From: Alkalispirochaeta sp. | GTDB lineage: Bacteria > Spirochaetota > Spirochaetia > DSM-27196 > Alkalispirochaetaceae | DNA: 64,000 bases | Assembly (NCBI GenBank): GCA_965242725.1 | Contig: CBDESZ010000025.1 | Location: forward strand, 96,001 to 160,000 | Reading direction: 5' to 3' | In this document: positions 49,871 to 59,776 of the stretch, one piece after another | How the letters are laid out: every line of letters begins with the position of its first letter | How positions within the stretch are numbered: position 1 is the first letter of the stretch | Notes under the pieces: model-generated | What the model was told of the DNA's origin: nothing | Databases searched by the model: none | What the model saw: only the letters and a program-made list of their open reading frames with translations | Made by a program: the position numbers and the translations under genes

Positions 49871-50028
49871 GAAACAATGGTACTCCAATTATGAATCCAC
49901 GACTACCGATATTGCTCAGACACAAGTACGGTCTCGTCCACGTGCCAAGCGAGAAGCGCTGTATCCGATGGCGTGACACCTGTCGTTCAGAGATCGACAC
50001 CGGCGTTCCGCCCGAGGCGGCCGGCCTT

Positions 50029-50178
50029 GCCGCAGCCCGGGGAGTTTTTCCCTATGAAGCAAAGGGGCGGGTAGCTCCCGACGGTGCGCCGGTGTCCGAG
50101 CTGCTTGGGATGTGGGAATAGGACCGGTTCCAAAGGACCGGGTTCAGCCGGTCGTGATCAGCCGGCAGGAGTTGCGGC
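50029..50178 (+). ncRNA. Candidate structured ncRNA, possibly 6S RNA-like
   Basis: Closing pair GCCGCAGC (50029) / GTTGCGGC (50171), TGAA/TTCA pairing, and inner stem GGTAGCTC (50070) / GAGCTGCT (50098), within a 310-nt gap lacking a credible ORF. Confidence 0.35.
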
Positions 50179-50179
50179 G

Positions 50180-51623
50180 TCAGAATCGTTCCCGTTCCCG
50201 TTCCGGGAGAGGAGGAACGTCGGTGCTCTCATATCCAGGTACCGGCTCGTACCGCTCCTCAAGGGTTGTTGACCCGATGAGGTCGTTCACCCACACCCCT
50301 GAACGTATGCGACGCCACCCGATGATGACTCGGGTTACTTCCTCAGTGTTGAGCGCCAGATAGACAAGCGGCGCCGGGACCTCCAGGACGAGTCCGGCTA
50401 TGAACGCCGCAGGCACCCCGATGAGCCACAGCGGCAGAATGTCGATCGCCAGGGCGTACTTCGTGTCGCCGCCCCCGCGCAGGATGCCCACGATTATATG
50501 CATGTTTGTCGCCTTGGCGACGATGAGGACGGCAAACATTCTCATGAACTGTCGCACCAGCGTGCGTACTTCCGGACTGACCGAGAAGAGCAGCGGTACG
50601 AGAGGCGCAACGATAAAAAAGACGACAATGCCGACCACCGCCGATACGAGCGGCGCCAGGGAGAGGATCGTATTGCCCGTCCGCTCCGCCCGGCCAAGTT
50701 CTCCCGCGCCGATCATGTTTCCGATGAGCACCGCCGTGGCGTTGCCGGTTCCCATGAAAAAGACGAGCATGAGCCGTCCGACGGTGTCCGAAATGTTGTA
50801 CGCCGCCAGAATTGGTGTACCCATGCGGGCAAAGACGACTGTGTACATGACAAATCCGGTGGACCAGAATATTTCATTGAGAATAACCGGTGTCGCCCGA
50901 TGAAAATAGGAGGCGATGAAGGGCCGATCGATGAGGCGAAGATCCTCCCGTTTGACGGCGGTGGGGCCGTTGCGGCGATAGACGATGAAGAGAATGAGAA
51001 GGAGCTCGAGCAGGCGTGCGACGGCCGTTGAAATCGCGGCGCCCCGTACGCCCAGCGCGGGAAATCCGAACTTCCCGAAGATGAGTGTGTAATTGCCGAC
51101 GATGTTGAGGGCTATTGAGACGGCGGTGGCGTACATCGGAAGCTTTGTGTCGCCGATGCTCCGCAGGCCATGGGCAAAACTTATGCTTACGGCGGTAAAG
51201 AGGTAGCTCAGCGCGACGATGCGCAGATATCCGATCCCTTCCGATATGACGGCGGGGGTCCCTGGTGAAGAAGCCGAGGAGCGTCGCCGGAAAGGCTTCC
51301 GCAAGGAAGGTGAAGACGGCGGCACCGCATATACCGACGATCAGCGCCATGGCAACGGACTTGCGGACGCCGTGGACGTCCCTCCGTCCCCAGAACTGGG
51401 AGGAGAAGACGGCGCCGCCGCTTCCTACTCCAAAGAGGAAGAGCATGAGAAGGAAGAAGATCTGATTGCCCAGGGCGATCGCCCCGATCTGCACCTCCCC
51501 GAGCTGACCGACCATGACGGTGTCCACGAGATTGAGAACGGTCATCATGAGCGCCTGCAGCGCGATGGGAAGTGCAAGTTTTACGAGACGTGGTAAAAAC
51601 TGGAGAGATTCACCTCTGAACAT
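50180..51623 (-). CDS. MATE efflux transporter with one frameshift at the G-run 51254-51258
   Basis: LALPIALQ, NLVDTVMVGQLG, SQFWG; second frame LRSIGDTK, FGKFGFPALGVRGAA, GILRGGGDT. Confidence 0.88.
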
Positions 51624-51748
51624 TGGCCGTACAGGGTACCGTTCCGGCGGCGGCGTGGCAAGCTGCAGAGAGCTGTTGACATACCCGCTGTCGGCGGCCA
51701 GAGTGACGACACGCATCTGAACAATTCCGATCACAAGGAGACCGTTGT

Positions 51749-52741
51749 ATGAAGCAAACCACGCCCTATTCCGATTATGCCCTGTGCCGCGAAATGATGG
51801 AGACGCCGTCGGTCATCCGGAATTTTGACGCCCCGACGGCCGCCGCGATTCCGGTTACGTCGGATCACGTCTTCCTGTCCGGAGAGGGGTCAAGCCGCAT
51901 CTTTCCCGCCAAGCGACTCATCAGTCGAGCCCTCGGGGAAGGATGGAAGGAACACTTCCTGACCGAGGGAGCGAGCCAGGCGGCGGAATACGCCCTCAAT
52001 GGATACCACCTCTTCATTGCTTCCAACTCCGGCAAGACCGCGGAAGGGGTCCACCTCCTTAATAAAAGCACCCGAAAGGGCGCCACCGGCGTGGCGGCCC
52101 ACGACGGCACACCGATCGTCACCAAGGCGGACAGCAGGTTCATTCTGACATGCGGCGCGGAGAACGCCGTTGCGGCGACCAAGTCGGTGGTGGAACAGGC
52201 GCTTGTGTATGAGGTGCTCTTCGGAAGTCGCAACGCCGCCCCGTTCGTCGATCTCGGCGCTCTTGCCGATGCTTTCGACCGGGCGCTCCACAGTGAGATT
52301 CCCGATGCGATTGTCCGGGCCGCCGTCGAGGCGCCGGTGATCTACTTTGCCGGCCGAAACGACGGAGTTGCCGAGGAGTTGACCCTCAAGACAAATGAGA
52401 TAACCCGCAAGCGGTCGGACTATCTCGAAGGGACGTACGCCGTCCATGGAATAGAAGAGGTGATGCAACGGGATGAGCTGGTCGTCCTTATCGATCCCTT
52501 TCCCGAGCAGGAGAAGAAGTTCAAGGAGGTTCTTTCCGACGGCGTCGGCATGACCGTTGTCGCCGTTGCGGACCGGGAGACCATATTCCCCACCATTCGC
52601 ATCCCCTCCCTGAAGGGCTTCGGCCCCTACATCCAGCTTTCCGTCGGGTGGAACCTCCTTGTGGAGATCGGCCTCGCCGCGGGGGTCAATCTGGACAAAC
52701 CGCAGCGGGCACGAAAGGTAGGGAACGAGTTTACCGGATGA
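51749..52741 (+). CDS. SIS-domain sugar isomerase (GlmS C-terminal-like, no glutaminase domain)
   Basis: GEGSSRIFP, SNSGKTAE, ENAVAATKSV, ELTLKTNEI, EGTYAVHG; SD AAGGAG. Confidence 0.88.
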   Translation: MKQTTPYSDYALCREMMETPSVIRNFDAPTAAAIPVTSDHVFLSGEGSSRIFPAKRLISRALGEGWKEHFLTEGASQAAEYALNGYHLFIASNSGKTAEGVHLLNKSTRKGATGVAAHDGTPIVTKADSRFILTCGAENAVAATKSVVEQALVYEVLFGSRNAAPFVDLGALADAFDRALHSEIPDAIVRAAVEAPVIYFAGRNDGVAEELTLKTNEITRKRSDYLEGTYAVHGIEEVMQRDELVVLIDPFPEQEKKFKEVLSDGVGMTVVAVADRETIFPTIRIPSLKGFGPYIQLSVGWNLLVEIGLAAGVNLDKPQRARKVGNEFTG

Positions 52742-52815
52742 GCCGGCTCGGGGAGCGCACCGCAGGAGGCTCCCCGCCCGCCCCTCCCCGCCGGTAATGG
52801 GGCTACTCGCCGACT

Positions 52816-53484
52816 CTAGAGCTCCTTGTGAATGATCTCCCAGTCCCAGCCGGGAGCCCTTTGTACATGGAGCTCCACATAGTGCCGGGCGATCGTCGCC
52901 TTGTCGTACTCACCGCCGTCGGAGACCGGCCGGGTGATCGTCACCGTGGCGGCGTGTATCCCTTCCTGCGAGAGCTCCTGATGGAGGTTCTGAACCCAGT
53001 TGCGCAGCGCCGCCTTTCCCACGGAGTGGGACGCACTGAATTGGGCGGGAAGGATTCCGAAACCGCCTCCCGTATAAAGCAACGTTCCCGCCTTCTTTTT
53101 GCGCATTCCCGGGAGTACCTCGGCGGTTGTATAGAGGGCACCAAAGAACATCGCCGGAAGGGTGTCCAGGATTTCCTGCGCCGTCAGCGCCGCGGGGGGC
53201 GTCTTGACCATGGTGGCAAGGTTGTACACAAGGACATCGGGATCACCCTGTCGCTCCCGTATCGCCTCGAATACCTGATGCACCGATCCGGGGTCGGTCA
53301 GGTCACCCGGGTACGTCTCCACGGAGATTCCCCCGGTTTCACCCGCTATCTCGTCGCCGATTTGCTTCAGGTGATCTTTGGATCGTGCAATCAACGCGAG
53401 GTCCAATCCTTCCTGCGCAAAGGCGCGTGCGATGGAGCGGCCCATTGCGGCGCCGCAGCCGGCTATTACTGCTAATTTCTTCAT
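52816..53484 (-). CDS. Short-chain dehydrogenase/reductase
   Basis: AGCGAAMG, LVYN, YTGG, SVGKAALR. Confidence 0.88.
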   Translation of the reverse strand: MKKLAVIAGCGAAMGRSIARAFAQEGLDLALIARSKDHLKQIGDEIAGETGGISVETYPGDLTDPGSVHQVFEAIRERQGDPDVLVYNLATMVKTPPAALTAQEILDTLPAMFFGALYTTAEVLPGMRKKKAGTLLYTGGGFGILPAQFSASHSVGKAALRNWVQNLHQELSQEGIHAATVTITRPVSDGGEYDKATIARHYVELHVQRAPGWDWEIIHKEL

Positions 53485-53561
53485 ACGGCTATTGTAACGT
53501 GAACCCAGACGTATTTGCAGCGGGTATTGCATCGAGGGGGTGGACGGGATACCTTTTGACG

Positions 53562-54317
53562 ATGTCATTCGGTGTGCTCAGCTTTCCGGAGCTTCTCATC
53601 CTGTTTCTCGCCGGTACGGGGGCGGGATTCATAAACACCCTCGCCGGCGGTGGATCGCTTTTGACAATTCCCGCCCTGCTGATGGTCGGTGTCCCGTCGA
53701 CAATCGCAAATGCGACCAATCGCGTCGCTGTTGTCATGCAGTCCCTATACGGCGCCGCCCAGTTCAGAAAACGCGGCGTGTACCGCATCGCCGAATCCCT
53801 TCCCATGTTGCTGCCCTCCTTCACGGGGGCGATTATCGGAGCATTCATTGCGGCGGAGATAGATGAGCGGGTATTTGACATCGTCCTCGGAATCGTTCTG
53901 CTTGTCGTTCTGGTAACGCTCTTTGCCAAACCGCCCCGTGGGATGACGATGCCGGAAATCCCGCAGTGGGTGCGAGTAATCCTTTTTTTTCTCATCGGGT
54001 TGTATGGCGGGTTTGTCCAGACGGGAGTCGGTTTTGTCCTCATTTCCGGAATTACCGTCATATATCGCTATGATCTGATTAAGACAAACGCCCTCAAATT
54101 ACTGGTTGTCGCCCTCTATTCACTTTTTGCAATTGCGGTATTTGCGTGGTATGGTCAGGTATTGTGGCTTCATGGATTGTTTCTCGGTCTGGGAAACATC
54201 ACGGGGGTCACCATCGGTGTGCGCTTCGCCTTCAAGCGGGGAGCCGCCGCCGTACGGTGGATTGTCGTACTGGCCGTTGCGTTGAGTGTCCTGAAACTCT
54301 TCGGCGTGCTGGGATGA
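53562..54317 (+). CDS. Sulfite exporter TauE/SafE family membrane protein
   Basis: GFINTLAGGGSLLTIP, ANATNR, GLYGGFVQTGVG. Confidence 0.9.
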   Translation: MSFGVLSFPELLILFLAGTGAGFINTLAGGGSLLTIPALLMVGVPSTIANATNRVAVVMQSLYGAAQFRKRGVYRIAESLPMLLPSFTGAIIGAFIAAEIDERVFDIVLGIVLLVVLVTLFAKPPRGMTMPEIPQWVRVILFFLIGLYGGFVQTGVGFVLISGITVIYRYDLIKTNALKLLVVALYSLFAIAVFAWYGQVLWLHGLFLGLGNITGVTIGVRFAFKRGAAAVRWIVVLAVALSVLKLFGVLG

Positions 54318-54365
54318 TCTGCCGAAAGGATAAGAAATAAGATAACGCGAAGGAGCGTCGGAAAT

Positions 54366-54653
54366 ATGGCGGGAAAAAAGAAAATACTGGTCGCCTGTGG
54401 AACGGCGATCGCCACGTCGACCGTTGTGGCGCGGAAAATAGAAGAAGAGTTGGGGAAACGGGGTATCGACGTGGAGACGACCCAGTGCAAGGCGGCGGAA
54501 GTCCCGTCAAAGGTGGCGGGACACGATCTTGTCGTGACGACAACCTTTGTATCCGGGACGGGGACGGTGCCGGTGATCCATTCCGTCTCGTTCCTGACCG
54601 GGGTCGGCGTGGAGGACGATATCGCCAGGATTGTGGATTATCTCAATTCCTGA
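54366..54653 (+). CDS. PTS enzyme IIB component, galactitol (GatB)-type, standalone
   Basis: ILVACGTAIATST P-loop with the phosphorylated Cys; FLTGVG; SD AAGGAG. Confidence 0.9.
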   Translation: MAGKKKILVACGTAIATSTVVARKIEEELGKRGIDVETTQCKAAEVPSKVAGHDLVVTTTFVSGTGTVPVIHSVSFLTGVGVEDDIARIVDYLNS

Positions 54654-54714
54654 GGTGAGCCTGGTGCATAATCGTGGCCCTTTTCCCGTCGTATCTGTAT
54701 AATTATTCACTATT

Positions 54715-56535
54715 ATGAAGTATCCTGTTGCGGCGTGGGCCACAGTGGCCGTTGTATTGACCCTTTTCACGGGATGTGGAGGGGAAGCGGAAATAACCAG
54801 GGAGAGTGCGGCGGAAGAGAGAACCGACCGGCGCAGCCAGCTTCTGGATCAGACCGTTTCCCGACCGGGACCGCCGGAATACCGCATCGGACGCGTCGGT
54901 GGGGAGTACGTCTCGGCGATTAATAACGATCCCAAGACGTTTAACACCCTCACCGCCCGGGACGGCGACAGCAGGACGATCGTCGACTCCCTGACGAGCT
55001 ATCTTGCGGAATACGACCCGTATGAACGGGAGTTTATACCCGCCCTCGCAACGTTCGAGATCGAAGTGGATGAGGCACAGGATCGTGTGCGCGTCTACTA
55101 CACCCTGCGGGATGATCTCTTTTGGACAACACCGGATTCAACGCCGGATAGCTGGGTTCCCGTCACCGCTGATGATATTGTCTATTGGTACGATGAGATC
55201 GATGGCGACGCGGAACTCCAGCTGCCCGGTTATCCCGGTCAGTTTGTGGATATGCCCGACGGGAGTCAGGAGCGGACAACGGTGGAAAAGGTGGACGAGC
55301 GGACGGTCGTCTTTACCTTTCCTCGAATCGTGTCAAATCCAATCCTTCAATCGAATATGCCCGTCTGGCCGCGTCATATCTTTCAACCAGCCAAGGAGGC
55401 AAACGGCGTAGAGGGAGTATTGAATATTCTCGCCGTCGACACCGACGTCACCTCCATACCGAGCGTCGGTGCTTTTCACATCGTTGAATACAGTCCAGGC
55501 GTCCGGGTCGTGTTGCAGCGCAATCCCAACTTCTGGAAGACCGACGACGAAGGGACTCCGCTGCCCTATATCGAACGTCTTATTTATCGCATCGTTCCCG
55601 ACGACAATACGGAGTACCTTCTTTTCCGGGAGGGCCAGAAGGACTCCCATTCGGTGAAGCCGGAACAGCTCGATGAACTGGTCAGCGCACCGAATCGGGA
55701 TTACACCGTCTTTAACGGCGGGGAATCCCTGGGTTCCGCCTTTTTCGTCTTCAACCAGAACCCCGCCAATATCGATCCCGTCAAGCACAGTTGGTTCATT
55801 CAGACCGAATTCCGACAGGCGATGAGTTCTCTTCTCAACCGCCGGCGTATCGTCGATCAGGTATATCGCGGCCTCGCCGCTCCTGCCCACCATTTTGCGG
55901 CAAAGGCAAATATGTTTTTTGACCCCGAAATCCGTCTGGAGTATACCTACGATCCCGAAGCGGCGATCGATCTCCTCGCATCGATCGGAATCACCCCCGG
56001 GGAGGACGGACTGATGTATGACGGTGCGGGTAACCACATCGAATTTGACATCATCATGGGAGCGGAGAGTCAGATCGGCATTGACATGGCAACGATCTTT
56101 GCCGACGAGTTGTCGGAAATCGGCATCACCGCCAACGTTCGGCCCGTGGACTTCCAGAATCTGGTGGAACGGGTGATGAATACCTATGACTGGGACGCGG
56201 CGACTCTCGCTCTCGGCAGCAACTACTGGCCTTCCGGAGGGAGCAACGTCTGGCAGTCGGGAGGAAATTTCCATCTCTGGAATCCTCTGCAGCCGGAGCC
56301 GGCGACCGAGTGGGAGGCGGAAATCGACCGCCTCTACAACGCCGTTCGCTTCACCATTGATGAGTCAGAGGCGCGTCGTCTCTACAACGAGTTTCAGCGG
56401 ATTCTCCTGACGGAGCTGCCCCTCATGTATACGGTCCATCCCTTTTCGTTCCTGGCGATACGTGACAAATGGAATAATGTCTATTTCGATACCCTCGGTG
56501 GTGCCGAGCTGGAGTACTTCTATTTGAATCCATGA
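54715..56535 (+). CDS. Peptide/nickel ABC transporter substrate-binding lipoprotein (family 5)
   Basis: Lipobox FTGC; DPKTFN; TADDI; RNPNFW; LPYIE; FRQAMS. Confidence 0.92.
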   Translation: MKYPVAAWATVAVVLTLFTGCGGEAEITRESAAEERTDRRSQLLDQTVSRPGPPEYRIGRVGGEYVSAINNDPKTFNTLTARDGDSRTIVDSLTSYLAEYDPYEREFIPALATFEIEVDEAQDRVRVYYTLRDDLFWTTPDSTPDSWVPVTADDIVYWYDEIDGDAELQLPGYPGQFVDMPDGSQERTTVEKVDERTVVFTFPRIVSNPILQSNMPVWPRHIFQPAKEANGVEGVLNILAVDTDVTSIPSVGAFHIVEYSPGVRVVLQRNPNFWKTDDEGTPLPYIERLIYRIVPDDNTEYLLFREGQKDSHSVKPEQLDELVSAPNRDYTVFNGGESLGSAFFVFNQNPANIDPVKHSWFIQTEFRQAMSSLLNRRRIVDQVYRGLAAPAHHFAAKANMFFDPEIRLEYTYDPEAAIDLLASIGITPGEDGLMYDGAGNHIEFDIIMGAESQIGIDMATIFADELSEIGITANVRPVDFQNLVERVMNTYDWDAATLALGSNYWPSGGSNVWQSGGNFHLWNPLQPEPATEWEAEIDRLYNAVRFTIDESEARRLYNEFQRILLTELPLMYTVHPFSFLAIRDKWNNVYFDTLGGAELEYFYLNP

Positions 56536-57587
56536 ATGTCCTGAGGCCGCTCCATATTTTCCGTCGAGACCATCCCCTCGTGGCCTTTATCGCGGGGCGG
56601 ATGGTTTCCATGGTCACCATACTCTTTATCCTCGGATTCGCCGTTTTCGGTCTCATGGCGCTCTCACCGGGTGACGTGGTGGAGAACTACGTTCGCAGTC
56701 AGATGCTCATGCAGGAGGAGTTCCGTCAGAGCGACAACGTCTATACCGAAGAGGCGATCGCCGCGGCCAAGGCGCGGCTCGGACTGGATAAACCCTTCTA
56801 TATACAGTACATGCGCTGGTTGCGGCAGGTTGTCGTGGAGCGTGACCTTGGAAGAAGCCTTCTCAGCCGTGCGCCGATTCTCTTTCTCGTCCGGGATCGC
56901 ATGGTCAACTCCCTGGTGCTCAATCTCATATCCCTCTTTTTTCTGACGATTATCAGTTTCGCTCTGGGCATCTATTTCAGTTCCAAAGTGGGGACGAAGG
57001 TGGATGTGGTTGCCACCCTGATAGCCCTGTTCCTCCATGCGTTTCCCGGTATTCTCCTGCTCATTCTTCTGCAGCTCTTTGCGGCGGTTTCGGGGCTTTT
57101 TCCCATCACGGCGTATCCCGACTTTCCCCCTTCGGAAGGGGCGGTTCGTTTCACCTTCAGTTACCTTTACCACATACTCCTGCCCCTCATCGGTGCGTTC
57201 CTCGGCGGCATCGGGGGTACGATGCGCATGATACGGGCGACGATGCTCGACCAGCTGGGACAGCCCTATATCACCAGTCTCAGAAGCCGTGGTATATCGG
57301 AACGGCGGATTTACTTTGCCCACGCCTTTCGCAACACCCTCAATCCCTACATCACATCCAGTGCAAACCTCTTTGCCGGGCTTTTTTCGGGCTCACTCAT
57401 TCTGGAGATCATTTTCTCCTATCCCGGTATCGGCCGGCTCATGTATGAAGCGGTACGGCAGGAAGACGTCAATCTCGTCCTGGCAAATATCATGTTTATA
57501 AGTTTTCTTGTGCTGCTCGGCATGGTGGTGAGCGACATTCTTCTTGCCGTGGTGGATCCCCGTATACGATACGGAGCGGACCGATGA
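56532..57587 (+). CDS. Peptide ABC transporter permease (OppB/DppB-like)
   Basis: LGLDKPFYIQY, HILLP, RSRG, HAFRN, YPGIGRL, VDPRIR. Confidence 0.93.
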   Translation: MNVLRPLHIFRRDHPLVAFIAGRMVSMVTILFILGFAVFGLMALSPGDVVENYVRSQMLMQEEFRQSDNVYTEEAIAAAKARLGLDKPFYIQYMRWLRQVVVERDLGRSLLSRAPILFLVRDRMVNSLVLNLISLFFLTIISFALGIYFSSKVGTKVDVVATLIALFLHAFPGILLLILLQLFAAVSGLFPITAYPDFPPSEGAVRFTFSYLYHILLPLIGAFLGGIGGTMRMIRATMLDQLGQPYITSLRSRGISERRIYFAHAFRNTLNPYITSSANLFAGLFSGSLILEIIFSYPGIGRLMYEAVRQEDVNLVLANIMFISFLVLLGMVVSDILLAVVDPRIRYGADR

Positions 57588-57614
57588 GGGTAGGGCGATG
57601 AGGAAGGTACCACG

Positions 57615-58724
57615 ATGAAGCGATTCTGGCGGGCATTGAGAAAACGGCCCGTTGCGGCGGCCTCTTTCCTCATTCTGATCATGCTGTACGGCGGCATGTT
57701 CATCGCCGAATTTCTGTCGCCCTATACGCCGACGACGGTCTTTCGGGACAGCGCCTACCATCCGCCGAACGTTCGGTTGTACTCAAGGGAGCTCGGATTC
57801 CGGCCGCAGATTCAGCGGCATGCTCTCGTTGATGATGTCAACTGGCGCTACGCACCCCTCAAGGGCGAGTATGTACCCATACGATTCTTCGTGCGCGGCC
57901 CGTCCTACCGACTGTGGGGAATCATCCCGTCCACATTGCACCTCTTCGGCACCGATGAGGCGTATCAGGGAACATCGGGCAGAAGTTTTATCGGAAGCAA
58001 TCAAAACGAACCGGTCTTTCTGATGGGCGCCGACAACCTCGGGAGGGATCTCTTCAGCCGCATCCTTTACGGAAGTCGCATATCCCTGACCATCGGATTT
58101 ATCGGCATTACCATATCCCTTACGCTGGCAATCATGCTCGGCGGGCTGGCTGGCTACTTCGGCGGCTGGGCGGACTGGTTCATTATGCGATTTGCAGAGT
58201 TCTTTATCCTCATTCCCGGCCTCTATGTGATTCTCTTTCTGCGGAGTCTCCTTTCCCGGGAGATGGATTCGGGGCAGTCATTTCTGCTCATTACCGTCAT
58301 TCTCTCCTTTGTCGGGTGGCCCGGGAGTGCCCGGTTGATCCGGGGGCTTGTGCACAGTATCAAACGGGAGGATTTTATCGTAAACGCCCAGCTGGAAGGG
58401 ATTCCGCCCCTGGTCATCGTCTTTCGCCATATCATTCCCCAGATGTCTTCCATACTCATCGTCAGCATCACCCTCGGCATTCCCGGCTTCATTCTCGGCG
58501 AGACGGTCCTGAGCTATCTCGGACTGGGTATCGTGGAACCGGCGGTGAGCTGGGGAAGTCTCCTCAACCGGGAGGTGACGACCCTCGTCAATCTGCGTCT
58601 CTTTCCGTGGTTTCTCTATCCCGGACTCTTTCTACTTCTCACGACCCTGGGGTTCAATTTCATCGGTGACCTTCTCCGGGATGTCCTTGATCCCTATTAC
58701 CGGGAGCGGAGGATTGGGCTGTGA
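57615..58724 (+). CDS. Peptide ABC transporter permease (OppC/DppC-like)
   Basis: GADNLGRDLFSRILYGSRISL, LSYLGLG, FNFIGDLLRDVLDP. Confidence 0.93.
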   Translation: MKRFWRALRKRPVAAASFLILIMLYGGMFIAEFLSPYTPTTVFRDSAYHPPNVRLYSRELGFRPQIQRHALVDDVNWRYAPLKGEYVPIRFFVRGPSYRLWGIIPSTLHLFGTDEAYQGTSGRSFIGSNQNEPVFLMGADNLGRDLFSRILYGSRISLTIGFIGITISLTLAIMLGGLAGYFGGWADWFIMRFAEFFILIPGLYVILFLRSLLSREMDSGQSFLLITVILSFVGWPGSARLIRGLVHSIKREDFIVNAQLEGIPPLVIVFRHIIPQMSSILIVSITLGIPGFILGETVLSYLGLGIVEPAVSWGSLLNREVTTLVNLRLFPWFLYPGLFLLLTTLGFNFIGDLLRDVLDPYYRERRIGL

Positions 58725-59776
58725 GGCGACAAATGATGTCCCCGGGATCCGAGGGCGGCGGGACCGGTTCGTCGTCACCGGACAATGGGACCGCAGCGAT
58801 TCTCCAGGTCGATAACCTGCACGTAGATTTTGCCGCAGGCAGTCGGGTCCTTCAGGCGGTTCGGGGCGTCGATTTCAATCTGCGGGAAGGCGAAATTCTC
58901 GGAATCGTCGGCGAGTCCGGCAGCGGCAAGAGCGTAACCGCCTACGCCCTCATGCGACTCATTCCCGCCAACGGACGGGTACGGACCGGCACGATCAGGT
59001 ATCGCAACCGTGATGTTGCCACCCTTTCGCCACGGGAACTGCGGGAGTTTCGGGGAAGGGAGATCGCCATGATCTTTCAGGAACCGGGCCGCTCCTTTGA
59101 TCCGATCTATTCGATCGGGAAGTCCCTGGCCGAGACGCTGCGGGCACACCAGCCGGAGCTCACCGATGACGAAATCCGTCGTCGGTCGTTGAGGCTCCTT
59201 GAAGAGGTGCATATCACCAATCCCGCCGAACGGCTCAATAACTTCCCCCATCAGTTTTCAGGGGGGCTGCTGCAGCGCATTATGATCGCACACGCCCTCG
59301 CCGCGGAGCCGCGCATTCTCATCGCCGACGAGCCGACCACCGCGCTGGATGTGACGATACAGGCGGGCATTATCCAGCTGTTGAAAGAGCTGCGGCGTAG
59401 CAGGGGCGTTGCGATCATATTCATCACCCACAATCTCGCCCTGATATCCGGATTTGCCGACCGTATCGTCGTCATGTACGGCGGCATGGTCATGGAAGAA
59501 GGTCCCGTCGGAGAGGTCCTCCATCGCCCTCGTCATCCCTACACCGCGGGACTTCTCGGCAGTCTGGTCCCCTTCGGCAACCACCACAGCGAGCACGACC
59601 TTGCAATCCTGGACGGAACGCCGCCGAATCCCCTTCAACCGGAACCGGGGTGTCCCTTTGCGCCGCGCTGTCCCTGGGTGGTGGACCGATGTACCGCCGC
59701 TGTTCCTGAATTGAGGAGGGATCGTTTTAATGACACCCTCTATTACCGGTGCATCGTGTCGGAGGGGCCTCTGTGA
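58721..59776 (+). CDS. Peptide ABC transporter ATP-binding subunit (OppD-like)
   Basis: GESGSGKS, FSGGLLQR, ADEPTTALD, HPYT, GCPFAPRC. Confidence 0.94.
   Translation: MRRQMMSPGSEGGGTGSSSPDNGTAAILQVDNLHVDFAAGSRVLQAVRGVDFNLREGEILGIVGESGSGKSVTAYALMRLIPANGRVRTGTIRYRNRDVATLSPRELREFRGREIAMIFQEPGRSFDPIYSIGKSLAETLRAHQPELTDDEIRRRSLRLLEEVHITNPAERLNNFPHQFSGGLLQRIMIAHALAAEPRILIADEPTTALDVTIQAGIIQLLKELRRSRGVAIIFITHNLALISGFADRIVVMYGGMVMEEGPVGEVLHRPRHPYTAGLLGSLVPFGNHHSEHDLAILDGTPPNPLQPEPGCPFAPRCPWVVDRCTAAVPELRRDRFNDTLYYRCIVSEGPL

Noticed and set aside
50029..50178. SRP RNA, RNase P RNA, tmRNA, or cobalamin / c-di-GMP riboswitch identity for the structured region
   Set aside because: Their hallmark motifs (SRP CAGG-GNRA-AGCA helix, RNase P GAGGAAAGUCC, tRNA-like ends, B12 box) were not found on either strand.
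51254..51258. Programmed frameshift or phase variation in the MATE gene, and at 32533-32536
   Set aside because: The homopolymers are short (4-5 nt), there is no slippery heptamer, and similar indels recur in the window, so sequencing error is more parsimonious.
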